Shown here: positions 8,104 through 16,131 of the stretch, piece after piece
How positions within the stretch are numbered: position 1 is the first letter of the stretch
Layout: every line of letters begins with the position of its first letter
Source of the DNA: Candidatus Methylomirabilis limnetica
Lineage (GTDB): Bacteria; Methylomirabilota; Methylomirabilia; Methylomirabilales; Methylomirabilaceae
Direction: 5' to 3'
Length of the DNA: 32,000 nt
Assembly: GCF_003044035.1 (NCBI RefSeq)
Contig: NZ_NVQC01000017.1
Location: forward strand, 1 to 32,000
The notes under the pieces: model-generated
The model's database searches: none
Seen by the model: only the letters and a program-made list of their open reading frames with translations
What the model was told of the DNA's origin: nothing
Made by a program: the position numbers and the translations under genes

Positions 8104-8801
8104 CGGGCGCGAGGGGTTCGATGAGGTTCGCTCCCGGCGTGACGCTCGTATCGCCGACCCTCGATGCAGGGCTAGCGCGCAGGATCATTGAGGAGACGGA
8201 TCCATTCTCGACCCGACAGCATCTGGCGTACCCATCGGATCACGATGGGGCACAGGTGCATCTCGACGCCTACTTCTCCACCGAAGCGCTTGTTCAAATC
8301 CCGGAATTCGCTTCATGGCTCGTCGAAGACGTTGTGTTATGGATGACGGCGAAGGACCTCCGGCCTCAACTCATATTTGCTCCTGGCACTGACGCCGTCC
8401 GGGTCTTCGTCGAGAGACTTTCAAAAGCCGTCGGTGCCAAGCCGGTCTATCTCGAGACCAAGCCCAGCGGGCGATTCGGTAACACTATCGAGGGGAGTGT
8501 TCCCACCGATGCCTCGGTGTTGACGTTTAATCTGACCAGTTTGACCGGTGGCCGGTGCATCGGGTTTCGATTGCCTGAAGCGGCCACCCATGCCGGCGGT
8601 AACGTCATCGGCACGGCCGCGATTGCCCTCGGGACCTCACCGATTAACGAGGAGCTTCGAAGCAGATTTTCTGACAACCTCTACATCGCGTTCCACGTCG
8701 CGGTCACGAATCATAACCCGGATGCCTGCCCCGCGAATGCGCCCAGACTGCGTCCCTGGCAAGAGGCGAATGCGGAAATCATTGCTCGCCTCAGAAAGTG
8801 A
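8100..8801 (+). CDS. hypothetical protein (weak phosphoribosyltransferase-like topology)
   Basis: 233-aa ORF whose GTG start overlaps the upstream stop (GTGA); an alternative ATG lies at 8119. The segment LIFAPGTDAVRVF..LSKAVGAKPVY...SVLTFNLTSLTGG resembles a PRTase core but lacks the acidic DD pair. Confidence 0.5.
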   Translation: MTGARGSMRFAPGVTLVSPTLDAGLARRIIEETDPFSTRQHLAYPSDHDGAQVHLDAYFSTEALVQIPEFASWLVEDVVLWMTAKDLRPQLIFAPGTDAVRVFVERLSKAVGAKPVYLETKPSGRFGNTIEGSVPTDASVLTFNLTSLTGGRCIGFRLPEAATHAGGNVIGTAAIALGTSPINEELRSRFSDNLYIAFHVAVTNHNPDACPANAPRLRPWQEANAEIIARLRK

Positions 8802-8807
8802 AGCGCC

Positions 8808-9578
8808 ATGACCACTGCCTCGATCAAAGACCAACTCACCTATCCGGTCAGATTCCTGGACGGCGTCTCCGATGCCAGACACATCATCGGCATGGGAAGG
8901 AGTCTAGGGAGGAGCGACGAGGAGATTCACAAAGGTCTCGAACTTCGCAAGGTCAGGTGGGCGTACTATGCGCTCGCCCTTGGCCGGCACGAGATCCATG
9001 ACTCTGGCGAGACGCTGTTCATCCCGCGAACGGTCCAAAGACCGGACTACGAGTTCGAAATCGCTCTCCTTCTCGACCGGGCGACGAAGGCAGGGTGGAC
9101 TGAAGAAGAGGCAGAGGATTTTCTGCAGGAGTATGGTCGCGTGACCATCCTCAACGATCTCTCCTGCCGGTGTCTTCAGGCAGAGGACAATCTACTTGGG
9201 CTTGGCCCTGCGCGGAGCAAGTCCATCCTTGGGAAGGTGCTCGGGCCGCGTTTTCTGCCGTATGCGGAGTTCGCGAAGCGAAACTCTCACATTGTCCTGC
9301 GGGTGAATGGCGAGGTTCGTCTGGAAGCCCAGGCATGCACCGACTCGACATTATGGACCTTTCCAAAAATCAGCTCCTACCTCTCTCAACAGCCCTTGAT
9401 TCTCGAAGCCGGAACGCTCATCGGGTCCGGGACCTTTGGCGGCGGCTCGATCGCCGAAACGTCCGGGAAGTATCCCTGGCTTGCAGATGGAAATACGGTA
9501 GACGTCGTGGAGATGGAGGTCGAGGGGATTGGGGTCCTGAAAAACCGCTTCACGAGAAAGAGCGAAGAGGATGGATAG
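8808..9578 (+). CDS. fumarylacetoacetate-hydrolase (FAH) family protein, small type
   Basis: 256 aa. Contains DYEFEIALLL, ILNDLSCRCLQ, GPARSKS and LIGSGTFGGG, arranged as in the FAA_hydrolase domain. Confidence 0.7.
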   Translation: MTTASIKDQLTYPVRFLDGVSDARHIIGMGRSLGRSDEEIHKGLELRKVRWAYYALALGRHEIHDSGETLFIPRTVQRPDYEFEIALLLDRATKAGWTEEEAEDFLQEYGRVTILNDLSCRCLQAEDNLLGLGPARSKSILGKVLGPRFLPYAEFAKRNSHIVLRVNGEVRLEAQACTDSTLWTFPKISSYLSQQPLILEAGTLIGSGTFGGGSIAETSGKYPWLADGNTVDVVEMEVEGIGVLKNRFTRKSEEDG

Positions 9579-10254
9579 GACGCAGGTGGGACCAGGCGGC
9601 TTGAGCGAGGCGGAACGGGATCTGCTCCTGGCAGAACTGTGGGGCACATTTACGTTGAAGCTCGATCATGCGGCACTCGCGACCCAGAGCCTCCGGGAAA
9701 CCGCCTATCTGTTCATGCGCGCACTCCAGGGGGGTCGGGTGACCTACAAGAGTCACGATGTCAATGATCCAGAGGCCCCTTCCAGCATGAAGACCGTCGG
9801 AATCCAGCTCGGCAGGATGCCGGGGGCCGGCTATATCGCGCCGGTGGAGGGAATCGACCGGAAGGGAGAGTCGCAGGTCTCACACATTATCAAGTGCTGC
9901 GGGGAAGGGATCCAGCACGTCGCGCTCCGCATCGAAGGAGGATCGATCGAAACGTACCGTCGGATCACGGAGCGGCTGGGGGTCCGCTACATCACCCCCA
10001 TCCTGTATGACGATCGCAGCCGGCTCTTGCAGATGTTCACCGGTTCGCTCTTCCGCTCGCCGAATCCAGCGGCAGGCCCCTTCATCGAGCTCAACCAACG
10101 CCTCGACCTGTTTGATCACGATCCCACTCATTTCCACCATGCCACGGTCCAGGCGCTGTATCGGTACATGGAGGAGCTCCAGGAGGCCGGCGCACCGATC
10201 TGGATCCTCGACTTCGACGCCATCCCGCCGGACTGGGACCCGTTCGCAGAATGA
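9571..10254 (+). CDS. 4-hydroxyphenylpyruvate-dioxygenase-like protein, catalytic C-terminal domain only
   Basis: 227 aa. Contains LDHAAL (first His), GIQHVALRI (second His) and LLQMFT....PFIELNQR (Glu), the HPPD 2-His-1-carboxylate layout. There is no N-terminal barrel. The start overlaps the upstream gene by 8 nt (ATGGATAG). Confidence 0.65.
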   Translation: MDRTQVGPGGLSEAERDLLLAELWGTFTLKLDHAALATQSLRETAYLFMRALQGGRVTYKSHDVNDPEAPSSMKTVGIQLGRMPGAGYIAPVEGIDRKGESQVSHIIKCCGEGIQHVALRIEGGSIETYRRITERLGVRYITPILYDDRSRLLQMFTGSLFRSPNPAAGPFIELNQRLDLFDHDPTHFHHATVQALYRYMEELQEAGAPIWILDFDAIPPDWDPFAE

Positions 10255-10315
10255 GACGAGACCGACGCCAGTTCGTTCTACGTCGGAAAGAGAGACAGGC
10301 GAGGACCGACACGCC

Positions 10316-11719
10316 ATGACGCATCGTGAGCTTCGTCGAGAGTTAATCGCCCGATGCGGCTACAATCTTTTTGAACTCAAGCCGTCGGAAATTTGCGTGG
10401 ATCTCTTGACCGATTCTGGAACTACGCCGCTCTCTGAAGCGCAGCGGAAAGCCGTCTCACGAGTGCTCAGGAAGCGCAGAACGAATGAACGGGCGTATGC
10501 CGGCAACGAGAGCGCTGAGCGACTGCGAGCGGCACTTCGAGAGGTCTTCCCCGATTTTCCGTATGTGATTCTCGTCCATCAGGGGCGAGGAGCCGAGCGG
10601 GTGTTCTGCGATGGATTTATTCGATCAGGTCTCTGGACGTTACCCCAAGATCTTTGGAGGCAAGAGACACCGCATCAGAAGCGACGAAGGCCCATAGTTA
10701 TCGGCAACGCTCCCTTTGATACGACTCGGGGCAACATCGAGGCGGCAGAGGCGGAGATCATTGACGCAACGACCCGCCTCTGGCATGATCCCAATACACC
10801 CTTGCCTTTCAAGGGCAATGTCGATGTTGAGCTACTCGATCGCTCGTTGATTCGTGATGGCGATCGCATGGCGTGCACGTTGATCACCGCAACGTGCAAT
10901 ACGGCGGCCGGGCAGCCAGTAAGTACGAGCAATTTCGGCGAGGTGGGGTTGCGGACCTCTTCGGCTGGAACGCTTCTCGTGGCCGACATCGCCAGGATCT
11001 TCCTGAACGCTTTTCTCAATAAGAAGAACCTCCCTTACGATGTCGGTATCACCATACAAGGAATCGTAAAGCAATCGTTGACGCCTGTCGACCTCTGTCT
11101 CATGTCCGCCAAGAAAGACGCGCTGAGTCCAGGCGGTGGGTGCATCCTTATGAAGGATCGCGCGCTCTACGAGGCCCTCCTACCCTACGCGATACTTTCT
11201 GAAGGGGGAAAGGATTACGGGGGCATGACCACCGAGACCATGGAAGCGTTTGGCGTAGGGCTGAAGGAAGGCCTCAACGAATCGTTTCTGGAAGAGTACA
11301 CCGGGCAAGTTGCCTATCTCGGTGAGGGCTTGAAATCTGCCGGCTGGCCGATGTATGAGCCTTTCGGGGGACATGCGGTATACCTCGATGCAGGAGCTGC
11401 GTTGGACCACCTCGCACCGGACGACTTACCTGGTCAGGCTTGCGCGGTTGAACTCTACATCGAGTGTGGCGTCCGGGCCTGCGAGCTGGGCACCGCGATG
11501 GCCGGTCGCGATCCCAAGACGGGAAAGAACCGCCATCCCAGGTTTGAGTTTGTGCGGCTTGCGCTTCCACGCCTGCGCTATACACGAGACGACCTTGACC
11601 GCGTCATCAAGGGCGCAGAGCGATTGTGGAAACGACGGCGCGACATCCATGGAATGATGTTTGTCGAACCTGAACCGCCAGGCCTCAGACACTTTACCGC
11701 AACATATAAATGGAAGTGA
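10316..11719 (+). CDS. beta-eliminating lyase family PLP enzyme (tyrosine phenol-lyase / tryptophanase-like)
   Basis: MTHRELRRELIARCGYNLFELKPSEICVDLLTDSGTTPLSEAQ... includes the DLLTDSGT motif and the PLP-Lys context MSAKKDALSPGGG. The ORF-track start at 10007 overlaps the upstream gene and reads as Arg/Ser-rich nonsense. Confidence 0.8.
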   Translation: MTHRELRRELIARCGYNLFELKPSEICVDLLTDSGTTPLSEAQRKAVSRVLRKRRTNERAYAGNESAERLRAALREVFPDFPYVILVHQGRGAERVFCDGFIRSGLWTLPQDLWRQETPHQKRRRPIVIGNAPFDTTRGNIEAAEAEIIDATTRLWHDPNTPLPFKGNVDVELLDRSLIRDGDRMACTLITATCNTAAGQPVSTSNFGEVGLRTSSAGTLLVADIARIFLNAFLNKKNLPYDVGITIQGIVKQSLTPVDLCLMSAKKDALSPGGGCILMKDRALYEALLPYAILSEGGKDYGGMTTETMEAFGVGLKEGLNESFLEEYTGQVAYLGEGLKSAGWPMYEPFGGHAVYLDAGAALDHLAPDDLPGQACAVELYIECGVRACELGTAMAGRDPKTGKNRHPRFEFVRLALPRLRYTRDDLDRVIKGAERLWKRRRDIHGMMFVEPEPPGLRHFTATYKWK

Positions 11720-11743
11720 GTAAACTCAGGATGGGGCGAAAAC

Positions 11744-13000
11744 ATGGCTGAGAATGTGCCAAAGATGGTGAATCTGACACGGACCGAGCGACGGGTCCGG
11801 TCTGATTACCAGACAGCTCTTACGGACTGGCACTCTACTGGCCGTCCTCCGAGGGGCCTTTCGAGCTACAAGCTCGAGTTCGGCACGGAACTCCTGATGG
11901 AGCACCCTCCAACCGCCATCGTCGAAAGCGCGACGATTCCCGCCGACCACCCCTTGTTCAAAGCACACGTCGAACGGCCAATAGGGGAAAGTCGCCCTCT
12001 CCAGAGGCAAGCCTTTCACGTAGCAGAGATGGCCACGTCCGGCTCCTTCGTCCCCATCCTCTCAAGTAACGATGTCACCATTTGGGTCTGCAATGGTGAT
12101 TTCGGGGAAGCCGGGAAGTGGCAACCGCCCTCTCGTCATGCGGACTGCGATGAACTCTATTTTGTCCATCGAGCCCACCATCCCCTGAGCCTCATTACCG
12201 ATTTCGGACTGCTCAAGGAAGTTCGGGAGGGCGATTTCGTTTTTCTGCCCCGAGGTACCACCTATTCGTTTCTCTTTACCGGAAGGGTTTCTATCCTCCT
12301 CTACGAAATCCCGAAACGGCTGTTTCGCCCCTACGACTACTGGATGGGGGATCAGCAGCCCTGGCCCTTTTCGCCGGCTGCTCCGATTCCGCCAGAACCG
12401 AAGCCTCTTGCTGGGCTCCATCCGCCGCTCAGCGGCGACGAGGCCACACAGGTTGTCGTCAAAAGACGGCTGGGCGGTTTCACGTTGCTCAAATATGCAG
12501 CGTCGGTCTTCGATGTCGTGGCGTGGGAGGGAGAGGTGTGGCCATTCATCTTGCGCCTCAACGATATAGTTGCGCTGTCCTCACCACACGTTCATCTCGA
12601 TCCGAAGAAGCTCACCGTCTTCGTAAGCGAGGATGAAGGAATGGCATTGCAGGTTTTCCTGCCCCGGTGGATCCACAGCCTGCCGTATCACCATCTCAAC
12701 TGGGTGGATGAGGTTCTCTTCAACCACAAGGGGTACAGCGCGCGGCCCGAGATCACCGACGGCTTCATGACCTTACATCCGGTCGGTCTGGCCCATGGCC
12801 CAGATTTGAAACTCCTGGCCAACATCGCCCGGAAAGAGATACCCAGCCCAAAGGACCTGCATTTCCTGGAAGAGATCGCCGTGATGGTGGAATCCAGGTC
12901 GCCGTTCGTTGTCCTGAAGGATGCGGAGAATGTGGAATTGAAGGGGTACGACCAATCCTGGTACCAGCAGTCGCTTGAGAGTAACTACTCAGGTGTTTAG
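11744..13000 (+). CDS. homogentisate 1,2-dioxygenase-family cupin protein
   Basis: 418 aa. Contains LPYHHLNWVDEVLFNHKGY....GFMTLHPVGLAHGPD, which matches the HGD signature YHRN..E....G.Y......SLHP.G.PHGP. The last 7 codons and the stop are supplied by repeat copy B. Confidence 0.7.
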   Translation: MAENVPKMVNLTRTERRVRSDYQTALTDWHSTGRPPRGLSSYKLEFGTELLMEHPPTAIVESATIPADHPLFKAHVERPIGESRPLQRQAFHVAEMATSGSFVPILSSNDVTIWVCNGDFGEAGKWQPPSRHADCDELYFVHRAHHPLSLITDFGLLKEVREGDFVFLPRGTTYSFLFTGRVSILLYEIPKRLFRPYDYWMGDQQPWPFSPAAPIPPEPKPLAGLHPPLSGDEATQVVVKRRLGGFTLLKYAASVFDVVAWEGEVWPFILRLNDIVALSSPHVHLDPKKLTVFVSEDEGMALQVFLPRWIHSLPYHHLNWVDEVLFNHKGYSARPEITDGFMTLHPVGLAHGPDLKLLANIARKEIPSPKDLHFLEEIAVMVESRSPFVVLKDAENVELKGYDQSWYQQSLESNYSGV

Positions 13001-13144
13001 GCTGAAGGCTGAAGGTTCTAAATTATCTCGCAAGGCACGAATCTAGCCATTCAAGACCTTTTCGGAGTTTTGTATGATCACGCATGACTTACCCCTAAAA
13101 GCCTTCAGCCTTCAGCCTTCAGCCTATCTACCTGAGTTAGTTAC
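12981..13144 (-). mobile_element. TIR element with four-helix-bundle gene remnant, copy B
   Basis: On the plus strand it starts GTAACTACTCAGGTGTTTAGGCTGAAGGCTGAAGG and ends CCTTCAGCCTTCAGCCTATCTACCTGAGTTAGTTAC. The minus-strand interior is ATGCGTGATCATACAAAACTC (MRDHTKL) joined to ...GLEWLDSCLAR*. Flanks are GCTTGAGA / AATTGAGA. Confidence 0.8.
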
Positions 13145-13160
13145 AATTGAGAAATGCTGA

Positions 13161-13727
13161 ATGCGCTGTCGCGAGGCGCTGGAAGAGACAATGACTCCGT
13201 TTGGAGTGGGGACCAAGCTGGTTATCGCTGTTGGGCTTGCCGCGCTGCTGATCGGCGCAGGAGGGGTGACGATGGAACTGAAGAGTCAGGCTTTTGCCGC
13301 TGGTGAAATGATTCCAGCCAAGTACACGTGTGATGGGCAAGACATCTCCCCACCACTAAGCTGGTCAGACCCTCCGGCCGGGACAATAGAGTTTGCCCTC
13401 ATCTCGGACGATCCTGATGCGCCGGTCGGCACGTGGGTCCACTGGGTCATGTGGAACATCCCCGCCGGCGCCGGCGCACTCGACGAGGATCTACCCAAGA
13501 CCGCATCGCTGCTAAACGGTACCAAACAGGGAACCACCGATTTCCACCGGATCGGCTATGGCGGCCCATGTCCCCCTTCTGGGACTCATCGGTATTTCTT
13601 CAAGCTGTACGCGCTCGATACGGCGATGAATCTCCCCGCAAGCACGACCAAGAAGGATCTGGAGAAGGCGATGCAGGGTCATATCCTCGGCCAAACGGAG
13701 TTGATGGGAACATACCGCCGGAGGTGA
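13161..13727 (+). CDS. YbhB/YbcL-family phosphatidylethanolamine-binding (PEBP) protein, secreted or anchored
   Basis: Contains IPAKYTCDGQDISPPLSWSDPPAGT..FALISDDPDAP.GTWVHW..WNIP...GYGGPCPPSGTHRYFFKLYALD. The true start is probably the ATG at 13191 (MTPFGVGTKLVIAVGLAALLIGA, signal-like). Confidence 0.85.
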   Translation: MRCREALEETMTPFGVGTKLVIAVGLAALLIGAGGVTMELKSQAFAAGEMIPAKYTCDGQDISPPLSWSDPPAGTIEFALISDDPDAPVGTWVHWVMWNIPAGAGALDEDLPKTASLLNGTKQGTTDFHRIGYGGPCPPSGTHRYFFKLYALDTAMNLPASTTKKDLEKAMQGHILGQTELMGTYRRR

Positions 13728-13729
13728 GG

Positions 13730-14212
13730 ATGGCTGTCGAAAAGGCGTTGCGGCACTATCTGGTACGCCATGGAGAGGCAAAGGCCGACATGGAGGATTC
13801 CGCCAGGCCGCTAAGCGATCGTGGGCGCGATGAGATTCAGCGAGTGGCCAGGCATGCCGCGATCCTGGGACTTGAGGTGGCACAGATACGCCACTCCGGT
13901 AAGGTGCGCGCGCGGCAGACCGCTGAAATCCTGGCCGAACACCTCGCGCCGCGGCTCGGTATTCGACAGATCGAGGGCCTCGCGCCCGGTGACGCGCCGG
14001 ACAGGGCCCGAGCCGAGCTGGAGGCTGCCGGGGAACCGCTGATGCTCGTGGGCCACCTGCCGCACCTGAGCCGCCTCGTCTCGGCTCTGGTGCTGGGCGA
14101 TAACGAGGAGGAGATCATCTGGCCGGATACAGGAACGATGGTCTGCCTCGCCAAGACCGAAAGAGGCTTTCGGCTACTGTGGGTTCTTACCCCTGAACTT
14201 GCTCAAGCGTAG
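13730..14212 (+). CDS. sixA: phosphohistidine phosphatase SixA-like
   Basis: MAVEKALRHYLVRHGEA....RPLSDRGRDE......RHSGKVRARQTAEI...LVGHLP. This has the RHG motif at the N-terminus and is 160 aa. The ATG at 13730 lies 2 nt after the PEBP stop. The ORF-track start at 13433 lies inside the PEBP gene. Confidence 0.8.
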   Translation: MAVEKALRHYLVRHGEAKADMEDSARPLSDRGRDEIQRVARHAAILGLEVAQIRHSGKVRARQTAEILAEHLAPRLGIRQIEGLAPGDAPDRARAELEAAGEPLMLVGHLPHLSRLVSALVLGDNEEEIIWPDTGTMVCLAKTERGFRLLWVLTPELAQA

Positions 14213-14224
14213 GGCATCAGGATG

Positions 14225-14448
14225 GTAACTGCTCAGGTGTTTAGGCTGAAGGCTATAAAATATTATCTCGCAAGGCACGAATCAAGCTATTCAAGACCTT
14301 CTCGGTTTCTACGACCTTTGGTTCAAGCAGAGCTTAATCCTCGTTGGGCAAGAAGCCCAAATGCTTTGACAGATTTAGTTGATAGCGCAGTTACCTCTGA
14401 TTACCCCTAAAAGCCTTCAGCCTTCAGCCTATCTACCTGAGTAGTTAC
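14225..14448 (-). mobile_element. TIR element with four-helix-bundle gene remnant, copy C
   Basis: It starts GTAACTGCTCAGGTGTTTAGGCTGAAGGCT and ends AGCCTTCAGCCTTCAGCCTATCTACCTGAGTAGTTAC. The interior keeps ..LLAQRGL.. and ..EGLE*LDSCLAR* remnants on the minus strand. A perfect 8-bp duplication TCAGGATG sits at 14217-14224 and 14449-14456. Confidence 0.85.
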
Positions 14449-14497
14449 TCAGGATGAACGTCGAAACGAAAGGATTGCGATTTACGATGGGAGGACG

Positions 14498-15028
14498 ATG
14501 AGAGCGCTGCTCATTATGCTACTGGGTGGGTGGATCGTCGGCACCTTACTGATGTCGTTCGTGGCAACGCAGAATTTTCGTACAGTCGATCGGCTGCTGT
14601 CTGCGCCAACCGTTGAGTTCTCGCGCGCCATCGCCCCCCTCGCACACGATGAGGCTCGCGGCGTCCTGCGCTATCTCGTTTCAGAATTGAATCGGCTTTT
14701 CTTTAGCGCCTGGGGGCTCACCCAGCTTGCGCTCGGCGCGGCCGTCGTCGCTGCCGCCATCGGACTGAGACCCCTGGACCGCACAGTGATCACTATCGCC
14801 GCAACGGTCTCCGTCATCGTCGTCGTGTCGCTACTGCTCAGCCAATCCCTCCTGTCGCTCGGCCGAAGTCTGGACTTTGTCCCCCGGACCCTGGTGTCCA
14901 TCGACTTGGCACGCTTCCGGAAACTGCACCTGATTTATACCGCTCTCGATCTGCTCAAACTGACTCTCTGCATCTGGCTACTGATTCGCTCCGCTCGCCA
15001 GGCGAGTCTGGCCCCCATGAAGCGCTGA
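14498..15028 (+). CDS. integral membrane protein, about 4 TM helices, unknown function
   Basis: 176 aa. GGGAGGA RBS. Four hydrophobic segments: LLIMLLGGWIVGTLLMSFV, LFFSAWGLTQLALGAAVVAAAI, VITIAATVSVIVVVSLLL and LHLIYTALDLLKLTLCIWLLI. Confidence 0.7.
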   Translation: MRALLIMLLGGWIVGTLLMSFVATQNFRTVDRLLSAPTVEFSRAIAPLAHDEARGVLRYLVSELNRLFFSAWGLTQLALGAAVVAAAIGLRPLDRTVITIAATVSVIVVVSLLLSQSLLSLGRSLDFVPRTLVSIDLARFRKLHLIYTALDLLKLTLCIWLLIRSARQASLAPMKR

Positions 15029-15121
15029 GCCGAGGATGGTTGACGATAGGCCAGATAAATGGGCCGTTTTCTTCATCAGCGTAACGGGAGCTTCCAGGCT
15101 AAGGCGGGAGAAAAACAGCGC

Positions 15122-15165
15122 TCGGAAAGAAAACGACCTCCCGGAGAGATCTCCGGGAGGTCGTA
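15122..15165 (-). terminator. intrinsic terminator of the cold-shock gene
   Basis: Perfect hairpin ACGACCTCCCGGAGA/TCTCCGGGAGGTCGT (15134-15165), followed on the minus strand by TTTCTTTCC. It lies 25 nt after the csp stop. Confidence 0.8.
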
Positions 15166-15190
15166 ACGGTTCAGAGGGAACGTAAGCTAA

Positions 15191-15400
15191 CTAGGCTGCT
15201 CTAGAGACGTTGGCGGCCTGCTTACCCTTTGGCCCATCCACTACCTCGAACTCCACAGCCTGCCCTTCATTGAGCGACCGGAAGCCGGCTCCAGTAATCG
15301 CAGAATAGTGCACGAATACGTCGTCGCCGTCTTCCCGTGCAATAAAGCCGTAGCCCTTCGCATCGTTGAACCACTTTACAGTACCAGTAACTCGTTCCAA
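15191..15400 (-). CDS. cspA: cold-shock protein (CspA family)
   Basis: (M)[49 protein letters not shown] contains the RNP1 (KGYGFI) and RNP2 (VFVHYS) motifs. TTG start with GGTGAGG 4 nt upstream. Confidence 0.95.
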   Translation of the reverse strand: MERVTGTVKWFNDAKGYGFIAREDGDDVFVHYSAITGAGFRSLNEGQAVEFEVVDGPKGKQAANVSRAA

Positions 15401-15529
15401 AACCTCACCCCCCCTCTATCTAAAATCTCGAGGCCATGCCCCGATAAACAAAAACCGCGAAAGCCCCATCCAGCAGCTTTGCGCGGTTCTCTCCCTTCCA
15501 CAACAAAAGCGTGCTACACCAACGGCCGT

Positions 15530-15558
15530 ATCATAAAGACAATGCATCGCGATGTCAA
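15530..15558 (-). promoter_or_regulatory. candidate sigma70 promoter of csp with a ~120-nt leader
   Basis: On the minus strand: TTGACA (15558-15553), a 17-nt spacer, then TATGAT (15535-15530). A long 5' UTR is typical for cspA-type genes. Confidence 0.5.
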
Positions 15559-15608
15559 GAACTTTTTTACTTCCTTACAACATCGAATCCAGCAATCAGC
15601 GCTCACAT

Positions 15609-15660
15609 GAAATCCCCCCCCACCCCCCTTTATCAAAGGGGGGAACCCGAGGGGGATTTC
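15609..15660. repeat. nested GC-run palindromic element
   Basis: The outer arms GAAATCCCCC...GGGGGATTTC enclose CCCCCCTTT-atc-AAAGGGGGG. This class gives spurious PPLxKGG-type translations in many genomes. Confidence 0.6.
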
Positions 15661-15709
15661 AGTCGTAGGCGATTTTCCAAGTAAAGCTGATCGCTACCGT
15701 AGATAGCAT

Positions 15710-16111
15710 CTACGGATGGACAAAATTCCGGGATAGTTCAACCTCAGTGACTTTTCCTCTAATCTTACTACTGATATTGACGTTGAACTGATCCGTGAGG
15801 TCTCTACTGAACAGGATAAGGGTATTCAGGAGCTTTCCAGAGTCGATCTCAGAGATTTGCGCATTCCTGTCCACCTTCTCCTGATAGAATTTGACAACTT
15901 GCTTATACGGTGCGTTGACTGTGAAACTGATCTGAACCCATCGCGTCCCTTCCCCTTCTCCAGACCGATGAACGATGGTGGAAGGGATCGCCTTTGGATG
16001 AATCGGAAGGCCAACATCGTCCTGAGCAAAGACCTGTGAGACGAGAAGGGGCGCTACCAAGAACGCAAGCGCCAATAGTACACCCATCCGTCCAGCCACT
16101 CGCTCCAGCAT
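15710..16111 (-). CDS. small secreted protein of unknown function, last gene after xoxG
   Basis: 133 aa. Signal peptide MGVLLALAFLVAPLLVSQVFAQ. It starts 20 nt after the xoxG stop on the same strand. I recognise no family motif. Confidence 0.6.
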   Translation of the reverse strand: MLERVAGRMGVLLALAFLVAPLLVSQVFAQDDVGLPIHPKAIPSTIVHRSGEGEGTRWVQISFTVNAPYKQVVKFYQEKVDRNAQISEIDSGKLLNTLILFSRDLTDQFNVNISSKIRGKVTEVELSRNFVHP

Positions 16112-16131
16112 CAGCGGACCCGTCCTCTGTT

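Noticed and set aside
10007-10315. Upstream extension of the PLP-lyase ORF. The analogous cases are the extension 13433..13729 of the sixA ORF and 1235..1261 of brnA.
   Set aside because: The extensions overlap the preceding genes in another frame and translate to Arg/Ser/Pro-rich nonsense. Family similarity begins at the internal ATGs.
12981-14448. PEBP plus sixA are bracketed by two same-orientation, same-subfamily elements (B and C), suggesting a composite transposon.
   Set aside because: Each element has its own flanking duplication (GCTTGAGA/AATTGAGA and TCAGGATG/TCAGGATG). They therefore inserted independently. A composite transposition would duplicate only the outer flanks.
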